Part shown: positions 1 through 9,405 of the stretch, piece after piece
Layout: each line of letters starts with the position of its first letter
How positions within the stretch are numbered: position 1 is the stretch's first letter
Assembly (NCBI GenBank): GCA_001766815.1
Contig: LYOS01000004.1
Location: 189,393 to 221,392, forward strand
Length of the DNA: 32,000 nt
Direction of reading: 5' to 3'
Origin: Candidatus Syntropharchaeum caldarium
Lineage (GTDB): Archaea > Halobacteriota > Syntropharchaeia > Syntropharchaeales > Syntropharchaeaceae
The notes under the pieces: generated by a model
Told to the model about the DNA's origin: nothing
The model's input: the letters and a program-made list of their open reading frames with translations, nothing else
Databases searched by the model: none
Program-made: the position numbers and the translations under genes

Positions 1-122
1 CTCAGTCGGTCCAAGTCCAAACATCGGTACTTACCTCATATCTATTTATGGCTTTGATATATAAGTTTTTTTGATCACACAAATTTTAAATAGCTTCGCC
101 ACTAAGTTAATCTGGGGTTATT

Positions 123-1193
123 ATGCAGGAGATATACAGGCACAGGTATAAACTACTCATCTTTGTCGTCTCACTAACTATCATAGCGGGAATTCTCTCA
201 TACAGTGAACTGCGTGCACCATGGTGGATGAATCTTTCCGTGCTCGGTTCGATCATTATAGTCACTGCGTTTATCAGAAGAATCGATGATGACCTTATAC
301 GAATGATTTCCTACATCCTGATGGGATTTTCTGCTTACTCACTCGTGGGAGCAGAGTACGTTGCATCCTACGACTATAAAGAGCCTGGTATGATGTTTGC
401 AGACCTTGTGCCAACGCTTTTCTTTGCAGTAGTTACCTCAGTGGCGGTTTTGATCACAACAGAGGATAAAGATATACATGGATACACCTTCGCTGGTTGT
501 GGGATCGCAGTTATGCTTGTAATGATAACAAAAGATCTCTATCGCCTGAATGTCCAGGGAGTACTCCTGTTGATGGCAGCCCTCTGGGTACTGATTCCAT
601 TACTGTGGTGCTACCTCTTCTCAGAGCTCTTCAAACCGAACGTGAAGGTTATAGAACGTCTGACAAGGTCTATCGGCGGAGCAATCATCACGTCACCCCT
701 GTACGGCGTCATTGCAGGTGTGACATTCATCGCTGCTTATGGGGCTGTACCCAGCCTTCAATCGATGGTGGAAGCAATAAGAAACAATCTCTTCGGGCTT
801 GGAACGGTTCTACTCAATTATGCACTTTCCCACGTCGTCATTCTGACAGGATCCTACATGCTACTCGGGCTTATCATGTACTCGCTCGGATATGAGAAGA
901 AGATCGCGGTTGTCAATAAGAAGAAAGAGATCGTTTATACCAGAGAGGAACGAGAGAAGAAGGAACTTGAGCGTACTAAAACTGAGGAGGCGGATCCTTA
1001 CAACCAGCTACTTGGCGAGATGAAACGAACCAGAATTGAACTGAAAGGTGAAGATAAGATAAAAGCATTTCAGGTGCTGCAACGATTAACAAATGAGTAT
1101 CACATACTCCATGCAAGATATGGGGATACTAAAATGAGTGTGGAGGTAAAAAATCTCTTGAGATCGCTTGAAGAGGAGATCTCGTCGAGGTAA
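123..1193 (+). CDS. Polytopic membrane protein with charged C-terminal helical tail, function unknown
   Basis: 356-aa ORF. About 7-8 hydrophobic segments span roughly aa 10-255, followed by a ~95-aa K/E-rich tail (KKKEIVYTREEREKKELERTKTEE...LRSLEEEISSR). Its stop lies 5 nt before the AAA+ gene, whose GAGGT SD sits in this gene's 3' end. No family recognised. Confidence 0.6.
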   Translation: MQEIYRHRYKLLIFVVSLTIIAGILSYSELRAPWWMNLSVLGSIIIVTAFIRRIDDDLIRMISYILMGFSAYSLVGAEYVASYDYKEPGMMFADLVPTLFFAVVTSVAVLITTEDKDIHGYTFAGCGIAVMLVMITKDLYRLNVQGVLLLMAALWVLIPLLWCYLFSELFKPNVKVIERLTRSIGGAIITSPLYGVIAGVTFIAAYGAVPSLQSMVEAIRNNLFGLGTVLLNYALSHVVILTGSYMLLGLIMYSLGYEKKIAVVNKKKEIVYTREEREKKELERTKTEEADPYNQLLGEMKRTRIELKGEDKIKAFQVLQRLTNEYHILHARYGDTKMSVEVKNLLRSLEEEISSR

Positions 1194-1198
1194 CCTCT

Positions 1199-2068
1199 AT
1201 GTTAATCGAAGAAAACAGGTACCTAAAAATAATCGAAACAAGCAAGATAAAGGGACAGGAGGACGTCTACCTTAAATCCATGCGTTACATCAATCTTGGC
1301 TACCCTATTCTTTTATTTGGACCTCCTGGTTGTGGTAAAACCTCGATTGCACGCCACATCCTCGATAGTCTTGATCGTGAGTATTTTACCATCGAGGCAA
1401 ATGAAAGTATGACTGAGTACCAGCTCATAGGTGGTTTTCACCCTTTATCAATGTCTGCAAGCAAAGAGGTTGCGGATGAGTTTATGTACAAGGATGGCAT
1501 TGTTGCAAGAGCGATAATGCATGGAAAAAATCTTCTCATTGATGAGCTGACACGCGCACCAAGTTCGGCTTTCTCCTCGATTTTTTTACTGCTTTCGCAT
1601 GGAATACTCACACTTGAACATCGCGAGATGGTTCTCAGAAAACCAGATGATTGGGTGTTTATAGCGACAGCAAACTTTGGTGACGTTGGATCATTCAAGC
1701 TGAGTAGCGCGCTGAAGCGGAGATTTATACCGATCTATGTCTCATACCCGAAGCGGTACGTGGAGGAGGCACTGATACGTGAGTATGCCCCAGGGGTTGG
1801 TGAAAAGGTTGCATCGCGCATTCTCGATTTTGCCGAGGAGACAAGACGTATGTGGAAGGAAGAAGGAGCGCTTCCACAGGGACTCTCGACCGATGGCATC
1901 ATCAAGATGGCAAGATACTGTGAGTTACTGGCTCGAGAAGGAATAGATGACAGAACCGCCTTCTCAGACGCAGCTTTTCATCAGGGGGTTGTCATCGCAG
2001 ATGAAACCGATCAGGTCTCGATTCAGCTTGTGAATGAGCTTGCCCTCCGTCTTACGGCGGGACTTTGA
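1199..2068 (+). CDS. AAA+ ATPase, AAA_5/MoxR-like (NorQ/CbbQ/GvpN size class)
   Basis: Walker A LLFGPPGCGKTS, Walker B NLLIDELTRA, ATANF sensor region, ALKRRF arginines. Single-domain 289-aa size. GAGGT SD lies 9 nt upstream of the ATG. Confidence 0.8.
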   Translation: MLIEENRYLKIIETSKIKGQEDVYLKSMRYINLGYPILLFGPPGCGKTSIARHILDSLDREYFTIEANESMTEYQLIGGFHPLSMSASKEVADEFMYKDGIVARAIMHGKNLLIDELTRAPSSAFSSIFLLLSHGILTLEHREMVLRKPDDWVFIATANFGDVGSFKLSSALKRRFIPIYVSYPKRYVEEALIREYAPGVGEKVASRILDFAEETRRMWKEEGALPQGLSTDGIIKMARYCELLAREGIDDRTAFSDAAFHQGVVIADETDQVSIQLVNELALRLTAGL

Positions 2069-2081
2069 GCGGGTGTGGTTT

Positions 2082-3077
2082 ATGCCAGAAATCAACACTC
2101 CAGAAAGTCTATGTGTGCAGTGCATGAAAAATCCCAATGACCCGATGATCATGCAGCAACTTCAGAATGAGTGCAGGAGAATCGGAAGCCGCATGATCTC
2201 AGCGTCATCCTATATCGTCCCAAAAGAGGTCAGGATGGCTTATACACCTTTTAATGGTGGAGGAACTATCGCCTATGGGAAGACGATTCTGGAGTTTGCA
2301 TCACATGGCAGGAGCATAGATAATGTGATCTGTCGCTCAAAGATCTCGGTCACAAAAAAGTTCTCAGCGATGGTGATCCTCGACACATCAAACTCGATGA
2401 CTGGCTGGTGGAGGGCCAGACGATTTAATCGAGAAATGAATGAGGAATCGAGTCCACAGACTGCGGCAAAGATCGCAACACTCGCTTTTCTACAGGGATT
2501 TGATCGAAGACTCGATGTTGGAGTGCTTTTCTTCTCGCATACGGCAATGGGACCATTCGAGCGGCGAGAGCGGGTGTACAGGGAGATTGTTGTGCCCAAC
2601 GGCATGGGTGGAAGCAGGATGGATTTGGCACTTGAGAGATTGATTAGGCGGCGGTGGACCAAACGTGAAGGGACAAAACTCCTTGTTGTAATAACAGACG
2701 GCGTGATTGAGAGTGGATTAAAGACACCTGGTGTTCCATACTTGTCCGAGACCGATATACCTGGAGGTACAAACAGAGATCAGCAGGTCAGAGCTGACAC
2801 GCTTGTTCAGGAGCGCACACTCAAATACTTCAGACAGATTACAGCCGATGGGGTCAGCACCCTCTACGTTCCGATCTTCGTGGATGAAAATATGGCCTCA
2901 TGGCGCAGTGGGGCGTATTCAGCAAGAGAGATTGTCAAGGAACTTGAAAGGATTGGAATCGAAGTATCACCTGTTTATAGCAGTGAAAAAATGGTAGAAA
3001 CGCTCTTTATGGGGTTGAATCGCGTTGCAAAAAAGAGCGGGTATCAGACAAGTCATGGTTCGCTTCTCATGGGATGA
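2082..3077 (+). CDS. von Willebrand factor A (vWA) domain protein with intact MIDAS motif
   Basis: MIDAS DxSxS in VILDTSNSMTG and a later LLVVITDG strand. It follows the AAA_5 ATPase as in MoxR/NorQ-vWA pairs. Start is uncertain: ATG 2082 (MPEINTPES) is used; the track start ATG 2034 would overlap the ATPase gene by 35 nt. Confidence 0.72.
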   Translation: MPEINTPESLCVQCMKNPNDPMIMQQLQNECRRIGSRMISASSYIVPKEVRMAYTPFNGGGTIAYGKTILEFASHGRSIDNVICRSKISVTKKFSAMVILDTSNSMTGWWRARRFNREMNEESSPQTAAKIATLAFLQGFDRRLDVGVLFFSHTAMGPFERRERVYREIVVPNGMGGSRMDLALERLIRRRWTKREGTKLLVVITDGVIESGLKTPGVPYLSETDIPGGTNRDQQVRADTLVQERTLKYFRQITADGVSTLYVPIFVDENMASWRSGAYSAREIVKELERIGIEVSPVYSSEKMVETLFMGLNRVAKKSGYQTSHGSLLMG

Positions 3078-3498
3078 GTAAAAACGCCCTGAACGCTCCT
3101 TTATGTAATCTTTCATAATCAGGGCAGAAGAATAGATGACTTCTGCACTTACAGTCGCTCGATCCAAAGGAGTCGATAATATCAAAGGATGATGAGAGTT
3201 CTTCAGCAAGTACACACTCATATTTTGCATCCAGTTCGGCAAAGATCAGGCCCAAAACTTTCATCTCGGGTAAGATGTAGTCGATATGCCAGAAGGTCTT
3301 CTTTTCAACCCTGAGATGACGGGCTATTCGTGCTTCAATCCCACTCATTGCAGAGCCCACATACGCATAGAAACCTCTTCTAAAATAGATCTCGCCGAGT
3401 TTACCCACCTCAAGCTCTTTATCGTGACTGTTCTCGAGGAGGATGATATACGATCCCTTAATTCCAACCCTCCCCTCATACTTGATCAAGCTCTTCAA
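3067..3498 (-). CDS. DUF123-type GIY-YIG (Uri) superfamily endonuclease-like protein
   Basis: Hallmark motif GFYAYVGSAMSGIEARIARHLRVEKKTFWHIDYIL (GxYxYVGSA...RxxRH...K..HWHIDY). There is no ATG; the TTG start at 3498 (or TTG 3489) overlaps the regulator gene's 3' end. Confidence 0.72.
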   Translation of the reverse strand: MKSLIKYEGRVGIKGSYIILLENSHDKELEVGKLGEIYFRRGFYAYVGSAMSGIEARIARHLRVEKKTFWHIDYILPEMKVLGLIFAELDAKYECVLAEELSSSFDIIDSFGSSDCKCRSHLFFCPDYERLHKGAFRAFLLIP

Positions 3499-3892
3499 GA
3501 AGTTTTTTACCCGCGGGGCTCTTTAACTGCGTTAAAAGACGTGTTATTGCTTCAACACTCTCAGGATTGAGGCAATGCTCTATTCCACATGCATCCCTGT
3601 TTGCAATCTCCTCATCAACACCCAGAGTGGTCAGAAGATCAAATAACAGGTTGTGTCTTTTTGAAACAGACTTTGCGATCTTCTGTCCATCGCTTGTAAG
3701 TGTAATCCCCTTGTATTTTTCATATATTAAAAGTCCATCCTCATCAAGCTTCTGAACCATCTCTGTAACGCTTGGCGTTCGCACATTGAGACGTTGAGCG
3801 ATTTCGCTCGCTCTTGCGTAACCTTTTTCACAAATGAGTTCGTATATAGCTTCCAGGTAATCTTCCGCGCTTCTTGAATGCATTTCAATCAC
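3476..3892 (-). CDS. DtxR/MntR-family metal-dependent transcriptional regulator
   Basis: 138 aa. N-terminal wHTH (EDYLEAIYELICEKGYARASEIAQRLNVRTPSVTEMVQKLDEDGLL) and a dimerisation/metal domain (RHNLLFDLLTTLGVDEEIANRDACGIEHCL). Sits 1 nt downstream of feoB. Confidence 0.85.
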   Translation of the reverse strand: MIEMHSRSAEDYLEAIYELICEKGYARASEIAQRLNVRTPSVTEMVQKLDEDGLLIYEKYKGITLTSDGQKIAKSVSKRHNLLFDLLTTLGVDEEIANRDACGIEHCLNPESVEAITRLLTQLKSPAGKKLLEELDQV

Positions 3893-3893
3893 C

Positions 3894-5606
3894 TCACAAT
3901 AGCAGATTCAGGAGACCTCCCACAAAGAGTGCTGAGAAAATCATGATCAGTGTAGATTTAAGCATATCCAGAGGACCAAGCTCTTTCAACATGATTATGA
4001 AGGTTGCAATACATGGGAAGTACATTGCAAGCACGACACTTGCAATGATCGACTCTGACATCGTTAAATTGAGTGGGAGAAGCATTCCGACAGCGACGTC
4101 CTTTCGCAAAAACCCGATAATAAGCGCACCTATAGCAGCCTCTGGAAGTCCAAGAATGCCTGTAACAATTGGCGACATCAGGTTACCAATGAAAACGATG
4201 ATACCAAGAATATAAAGGATATTGACGATCAGAACCCCAAATAATACCATCGGAACAGCTTCGATGATAAAAGCCCTGATGCGCATCCATACCTTCTTAA
4301 AAAGTCCGCTCCAGTAGGGAATACGGTATGGTGGAATTTCTAAAAAGATCTCTGGACTCACACCAGGGAAGATTGTTTTGAGCAGAAATCCAAGGATGAA
4401 CATGGTTACAAGTAGGGTTAGAAAGACGATCCCGATACCTGTAATTCCGTACCTTCCCACAAGACCAAATATCATCGCACTCTGGGCTGCACATGGAACA
4501 CAGATCGCCATGAGCGTTGTTGCGATGAAACGTTGCCGTTTTGTCTCAAGCACACGGGTCGCGAGTGCACCAGGTACGTTACAACCGAGTCCAAGGAATA
4601 ATGGAACGATGGCAAGGCCGTGAAGCCCCATCTTATGCATCACGTTATCGATGAGAACTGCAAGTCGTGGCAGGTATCCACTATCTTCCAAAAGACTGAG
4701 AAAGAAATAAAACGGGATGATATAGGGTAAAACCATCGCAATTGGGACATATAGTCCGGTCGTGATAAGCCCCATCGACTCAACATAGTTGATCCTGCCA
4801 TCTATCAGTGTTCCGATGAGTATATCGTGTAAAAATCCTCCCTGCCCGAGATACTGGCTTATCAGATATACAAAAGGTGTATACAGCTCAAATAGCGGAT
4901 CAAATGCATAGGTGATGAGACCTTCTCCGATAAGTCTGATCATTCCGAATGTGAAAGCAAGAACGATGGCAGCAAATGGAATTCCTGTTAAAGGATTGAC
5001 GCTAAGATCCCCGAGCCGCTCGAGAAATGTATGGTGGTGATGCGTGACCTTTTGCGTTTCCCTTATGATTTTTCCGATCTTAACCCACCGTTCTTCGTCT
5101 GTGAGGGGTTTTATTTTTACTGCTGTATCGGGCAGTGATGATACAAGCTCTTTTATCCCTTCCCCACTCACACCTACGGTTGGAACGACCTTGATGCCCA
5201 GAAGCTCGGCTAATTTTTCATGGTCGATCTCCACTCCTTTGTGTTTCGTCTCATCCCAGAGGTTGAGCGCTATGATCATGGGAATTTCCCTCTCCATCAG
5301 CTGGAGAGTCAGGTAGAGATTTCGCTCAAGGTTTGTGGCATCAACGACATTGATGATGACATCCCCTTCAGCAAGCATATCAACCGCCACCTCCTCTGCC
5401 TTTGAGATGGGTTCGAGTGAATAGACACCAGGAACATCTATCACCTCAAATGCTGTGGTACAGTCACCATCAAGACACATCACTCCTTTCTTGAATTCAA
5501 CGGTTGTACCTGGGTAGTTTGATACCATCACTTTCGTGCCGGTTAGACGTGCAAAGATCGCACTTTTTCCGACGTTCGGGTTTCCCATGAGGAGAATCTT
5601 CTTCAT
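3894..5606 (-). CDS. feoB: Ferrous iron transporter FeoB
   Basis: N-terminal G-domain (LMGNPNVGKSAIFARLTG, NYPGTTVE, DVPGVYSL) followed by a polytopic permease. Overlaps feoA by 4 nt. Confidence 0.9.
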   Translation of the reverse strand: MKKILLMGNPNVGKSAIFARLTGTKVMVSNYPGTTVEFKKGVMCLDGDCTTAFEVIDVPGVYSLEPISKAEEVAVDMLAEGDVIINVVDATNLERNLYLTLQLMEREIPMIIALNLWDETKHKGVEIDHEKLAELLGIKVVPTVGVSGEGIKELVSSLPDTAVKIKPLTDEERWVKIGKIIRETQKVTHHHHTFLERLGDLSVNPLTGIPFAAIVLAFTFGMIRLIGEGLITYAFDPLFELYTPFVYLISQYLGQGGFLHDILIGTLIDGRINYVESMGLITTGLYVPIAMVLPYIIPFYFFLSLLEDSGYLPRLAVLIDNVMHKMGLHGLAIVPLFLGLGCNVPGALATRVLETKRQRFIATTLMAICVPCAAQSAMIFGLVGRYGITGIGIVFLTLLVTMFILGFLLKTIFPGVSPEIFLEIPPYRIPYWSGLFKKVWMRIRAFIIEAVPMVLFGVLIVNILYILGIIVFIGNLMSPIVTGILGLPEAAIGALIIGFLRKDVAVGMLLPLNLTMSESIIASVVLAMYFPCIATFIIMLKELGPLDMLKSTLIMIFSALFVGGLLNLLL

Positions 5607-5839
5607 ACATCACCCAGAATTATTTTCTTTGCCATACCTCTACCGATGGCAATTCTCATCCCATCAACCTCAATAACAATTGGACCTCGTAGCGGTTGTC
5701 TCGTCATAACTCTCAAGATCTTACCCTCTCTGATACCCATCGAGCGTATGTTGTGCTGAATTCCATGACCACCTGTAATCTTCTTAACTCTTCCAACCTC
5801 GCCTGGATTAAATTCCGTAAGCAGTCTTTCACCTGTCAC
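5603..5839 (-). CDS. feoA: FeoA-family small protein
   Basis: 78 aa of SH3-like FeoA pattern (L..F.PGEVGRVKKITGG...MGIREGKILRV). Directly upstream of feoB and overlapping it. GTG start. Confidence 0.8.
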   Translation of the reverse strand: MTGERLLTEFNPGEVGRVKKITGGHGIQHNIRSMGIREGKILRVMTRQPLRGPIVIEVDGMRIAIGRGMAKKIILGDV

Positions 5840-5858
5840 ATGACATAGGTAGTCCTAA

Positions 5859-5870
5859 CTTTTTAAAAGG
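5859..5870 (-). promoter_or_regulatory. Putative archaeal TATA box for feoA-feoB-regulator operon (leaderless transcript predicted)
   Basis: The minus strand reads CCTTTTAAAAAG, centred about 26 nt upstream of the feoA GTG (5839). No SD lies in between, which suggests a leaderless mRNA. A short palindrome TAGG-N4-CCTA (5847-5858) sits between the TATA and the start. Confidence 0.35.
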
Positions 5871-5880
5871 TTTTGGGTGC

Positions 5881-6696
5881 CTAACTCCTGACTGAAACTC
5901 CACGCTCCCTCAAATACCGCTTGACCTCCTCGATCTCGATCTCCCTGAAATGGAATATACTTGCCGCAAGTGCAGCATCCGCCTTTCCTGCTGTCAAAGC
6001 GTCGTAAATATGCTCCAGAGTTCCAGCACCGCCTGATGCGATGATCGGGATATCAACCGCCTCTGAGATTGCACGGGTTATCGGAAGATCGTAACCATCC
6101 TTTCTTCCATCTGTATTCATCGAAGTGAGCATGATTTCGCCCGATCCTCTTCGTTCTACCTCCCTTGCCCATTTTATCGCATCAATCCCAACGGGTGTTC
6201 TCCCGCCATAGATTACAACCTCATACCACGCCTTACTACCGTCTTCAAGTTCGACCACTTCTTTTCCCTCAAGATCGTTAAAATTTCGCCTGCAATCGAT
6301 TGCCGTCACGATACACTGTGAGCCGAAGATTTTGGAGGAAATATCTATAAGCTCAGGGTTCTTCACAGCCGCGGTATTGACTGTGACCTTGTCTGCACCA
6401 GCACGCAAAATCTTCTTGATCTCTTCGATCGTGCTGATCCCACCCCCGACGGTCATCGGGATAAAGACTTCCTCCCCTGTGCGCTCGATGACATCGATCA
6501 TCGTCCTTCTGCGGTCGCTCGATGCTGTAATATCAAGAAAGATGAGTTCGTCTGCCCCTTCTCTATTGTATCGCTTTGCAAGCTCGACAGGATCACCTGC
6601 CTCCCTGAGGTTAACAAACTCAACGCCTTTCACAACACAACCGCCGACCCTGTCGAGCGTCACATCCAGGCATGGAATGATCCGTTTTGCAAGCAT
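5881..6696 (-). CDS. hisF: Imidazole glycerol phosphate synthase cyclase subunit HisF
   Basis: [12 protein letters not shown]...[13 protein letters not shown]...PMTVGGGI...[12 protein letters not shown]...IASGGAG is the classic HisF (beta/alpha)8 pattern. The internal ATG at 6696 was chosen over the 15-codon track extension. Confidence 0.9.
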   Translation of the reverse strand: MLAKRIIPCLDVTLDRVGGCVVKGVEFVNLREAGDPVELAKRYNREGADELIFLDITASSDRRRTMIDVIERTGEEVFIPMTVGGGISTIEEIKKILRAGADKVTVNTAAVKNPELIDISSKIFGSQCIVTAIDCRRNFNDLEGKEVVELEDGSKAWYEVVIYGGRTPVGIDAIKWAREVERRGSGEIMLTSMNTDGRKDGYDLPITRAISEAVDIPIIASGGAGTLEHIYDALTAGKADAALAASIFHFREIEIEEVKRYLRERGVSVRS

Positions 6697-6703
6697 ATTA
6701 GAC

Positions 6704-7096
6704 CTACAGCGCGTGATATGATAGAACCCGCTCTGCCTCAACTATCATCGGCATTCCAAGATCCCCGTGCTCAACAACCTTCACAATCGCTACAAATTTC
6801 TTCTCAAGCTGTAACCTTGCTGAGAGGACTTCCCGTTCCTCAGAACCCGATGCATCCACATGATAAAATCGTTGCATGGAGATCTGGCGGGATCTAACCT
6901 GTGCAACAATCCCCTGTGTCTTACGGTTCACATCTTCAGGGCTTTCATCAGTCAAAAAGACCAGGTCACCAGTATTAAGTTTCATTATCGCAAAAAAGTT
7001 ATGTGGGCTTGTGATCTGCATCGTCTTCAGACGATCACGTGCGAGTTCTTCCATCACGCTTCGCCGCATCCCACTCAATGTAAGATATTTAGTCAT
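6704..7096 (-). CDS. Conserved-looking hypothetical protein (130 aa)
   Basis: The ATG at 7096 is preceded by a GGTGA SD. The longer track ORF (to 7249) would overlap the upstream gene and has an Arg/Ser-rich, non-protein-like N-terminus. No family recognised. Confidence 0.5.
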   Translation of the reverse strand: MTKYLTLSGMRRSVMEELARDRLKTMQITSPHNFFAIMKLNTGDLVFLTDESPEDVNRKTQGIVAQVRSRQISMQRFYHVDASGSEEREVLSARLQLEKKFVAIVKVVEHGDLGMPMIVEAERVLSYHAL

Positions 7097-7118
7097 CGTT
7101 CTTTCACCTCGCCCCAGT

Positions 7119-7862
7119 TCATCCATACATCGGAAACTCTCTTGGAGGTAACGGTTCCGTGACCTGCATCTCTTTTGTGAGTTGCTCCAGCTCATTCTCG
7201 ATCTTTGCGGCCTCCTCCAGAAGTAGATCCACACTGATATCAAGATCATATATCTTGTTTATGACCCCGATCACCCTTGATGCTGCAAGCGGATCTGGAC
7301 CTGGCGCATGTGTCTCTCCGATGAGCGATATTGCAGGAAAGTCTCTGACGAGGCATTCTACCATTATACTACCTGATAATCCTGAGATTGTTCCCATCCT
7401 GAAGACCTCTGTCACACCACTCAGCTTCTCAAGCATTGCTTCAGTGGTTGCGGCCCCGAACACTCGTTCCTCACCGCTCTGAGTGAGAATACCCGCTACT
7501 GAAAGGATCTCTGATGCCCCAATATCCAGTGCGAAATCCGTAAAGACCTTTGCAAGATCGTATGAAACAATTGGGTTTATCGGTATATCTGAGTAAATGA
7601 CAACCAGTCTGGCTTTTTTTGATTCATATATTTTGATGGGTGGTCGAACAATCCCTTCCATAAGTGTGGCGATAGGTGGAAAAAAACGTGATACGACTGT
7701 CCCAGCATATTTCATATCGAGTTCCCTTACAATGTGTCCGCCCGTGATATTCCCGATAAGTCCTATACCTGGAAAAGCCTCAATCACAAGTGGCTTTTCA
7801 GCCTCGATTTTCTCGGTCAGTATCTCAATCTCACATAGATCTGCATTCAACTGATCCGTCAT
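7119..7862 (-). CDS. PAC2-family proteasome assembly chaperone (PbaB-like, COG1938)
   Basis: 247 aa. N-terminal EAFPGIGLIGNITG pattern of the PAC2/COG1938 family. The C-terminus ...REFPMYG ends in a hydrophobic-Tyr-X (HbYX) proteasome-docking motif. Confidence 0.62.
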   Translation of the reverse strand: MTDQLNADLCEIEILTEKIEAEKPLVIEAFPGIGLIGNITGGHIVRELDMKYAGTVVSRFFPPIATLMEGIVRPPIKIYESKKARLVVIYSDIPINPIVSYDLAKVFTDFALDIGASEILSVAGILTQSGEERVFGAATTEAMLEKLSGVTEVFRMGTISGLSGSIMVECLVRDFPAISLIGETHAPGPDPLAASRVIGVINKIYDLDISVDLLLEEAAKIENELEQLTKEMQVTEPLPPREFPMYG

Positions 7863-7877
7863 AAAATTACCTCAACC

Positions 7878-8855
7878 TTATGTGTTATAATTTTTTTCAC
7901 GAGTTTTTTCTCTATTTAAACTAACGTATGCTATCAGAGCTTCCATCTGGAGCCGTTCATTTGCTCCTTCTGTTATTCTGTAGTCAGCCTCCCCAATTCG
8001 TTCCATGAGTTCAATCTTTGCCTGATCGGAGATTGGAAAGTCAAATATCCGTCTTGCAAGAACATCAAGAATCTCGCCAGATGCAACTCCTCTATCGAAA
8101 ATATCATTGAGCTCCTTTCGTGCAGGATCAAAACCTTCATCTATCGCCAGGTTAATGAGTTTCATCACATCCTTCGTTGACACGGTGGCTGTAATTTCAT
8201 AGATCATCTCACGCTCTATCGGCTTCTCAAGCGCGGCTGCTGACTGAAGTGCATTTATCGCGCGCCGCATATCCCCTCTTGCAATCTCACAGATCGCATC
8301 GATTCCCTCATCGCTGATCGTGACACCCTCCTGCTCTGAGATCCATCTGATCTGCTCTATCATATCCTTCATGCTGAGTGGCTTGAACCGAAAGATCGCA
8401 CACCTCGACTGGATCGGTTCAATAATCTTTGAAGAGTAGTTGCAGCTCAGTATGAACCTGCACGTTGAAGAATACTGCTCCATCGTTCTTCTGAGTGCGG
8501 ATTGTGCTGCATCTGTCAGTGAATCAGACTCATCGAGGAATATAATCTTGAAATCAGCTCCGCTTCGTGGCGCAAGCCTGGCAAAGGTCTTGATTTTTGT
8601 CCTGACCGTCTCGATGCCTCGCTCATCCGATGCGTTGAGTTCGATGAAGTTCTCATGCCACACATCACCAAAAAGTTCTCGTGTCAGTGCAACAGCAGCG
8701 GCAGTTTTTCCAACACCTGGTGGACCTGAGAATAGAAGATGGGGGAGTTTTCTGGCTCTGGCATAGGATTTCAGCCTCGATGTAACACTTGTCTGCCCAA
8801 TAATTTGATCAAGGTTACGGGGTCTGTACTTCTCAATCCAGATCTCTTCTTTCAT
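7878..8855 (-). CDS. rfcS: Replication factor C small subunit
   Basis: EKYRPRNLDQIIGQ, Walker A FSGPPGVGKT, Walker B IIFLDESDSLT, SRC motif QSRCAIFRF. 325 aa with no intein. Confidence 0.92.
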   Translation of the reverse strand: MKEEIWIEKYRPRNLDQIIGQTSVTSRLKSYARARKLPHLLFSGPPGVGKTAAAVALTRELFGDVWHENFIELNASDERGIETVRTKIKTFARLAPRSGADFKIIFLDESDSLTDAAQSALRRTMEQYSSTCRFILSCNYSSKIIEPIQSRCAIFRFKPLSMKDMIEQIRWISEQEGVTISDEGIDAICEIARGDMRRAINALQSAAALEKPIEREMIYEITATVSTKDVMKLINLAIDEGFDPARKELNDIFDRGVASGEILDVLARRIFDFPISDQAKIELMERIGEADYRITEGANERLQMEALIAYVSLNREKTREKNYNT

Positions 8856-8871
8856 AACGCTTGCAATCTGA

Positions 8872-9405
8872 CTAAAACTCCGTATTCAACTTCTCTTCCC
8901 GTCGTTTACGTTCAAGGAATGAATAGACGTTCCCATGAGGGGCGCCATTGATCAGCATATCGATCGCGCTCTCGACGATCTTCACTTTCTCTGGATATCC
9001 GATGATTGCAATCGACTCGTCGTAGACCGAGATCTTTGAATCTGTAAGCTCTTCTATGGTTTCTCGTGTCGAACCATCTTTCCCGATGATCCTGCCCTTG
9101 ATTCTTACAAGTTCCTTTGGGGATTCTGCTATATGAGAGAGATCCACGATCGTGAATACCAGATCATCGTCCTCAAGTAACTTCGATGCATTTTGCGGTG
9201 AGAATCCGTGAGCAATTGCCTTTATAATATCACTGGCTCTCAAAGCTTTAAACGGATCGCCTCTTGATTCAAGCTTTACGTTGCCGTTCTCGCTATCGAT
9301 ATCGAGAGCAACCTCGCAATTCTCCTCTATAAATTCCTTTACACTTCCTTCAACACCAATCAACGATCCTATTCTGTCTGGAGGTATTCTTATATGTTCG
9401 ATCAT
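8872..9405 (-). CDS. Two-KH-domain RNA-binding protein (archaeal Dim2/Pno1-like)
   Basis: Two KH GXXG-type segments (IGSLIGVEGSVKEFIEE; IKGRIIGKDGSTRETIEE). 177 aa. ATGA overlap with the upstream sirtuin-like gene. Confidence 0.75.
   Translation of the reverse strand: MIEHIRIPPDRIGSLIGVEGSVKEFIEENCEVALDIDSENGNVKLESRGDPFKALRASDIIKAIAHGFSPQNASKLLEDDDLVFTIVDLSHIAESPKELVRIKGRIIGKDGSTRETIEELTDSKISVYDESIAIIGYPEKVKIVESAIDMLINGAPHGNVYSFLERKRREEKLNTEF

Noticed and set aside
3067-3077. An 11-nt convergent overlap of the 3' ends of the vWA gene and the DUF123 gene, leaving no terminator space.
   Set aside because: This is real in the sequence, but it is probably just compact-genome packing. No hairpin or other structure was visible to support a regulatory reading.
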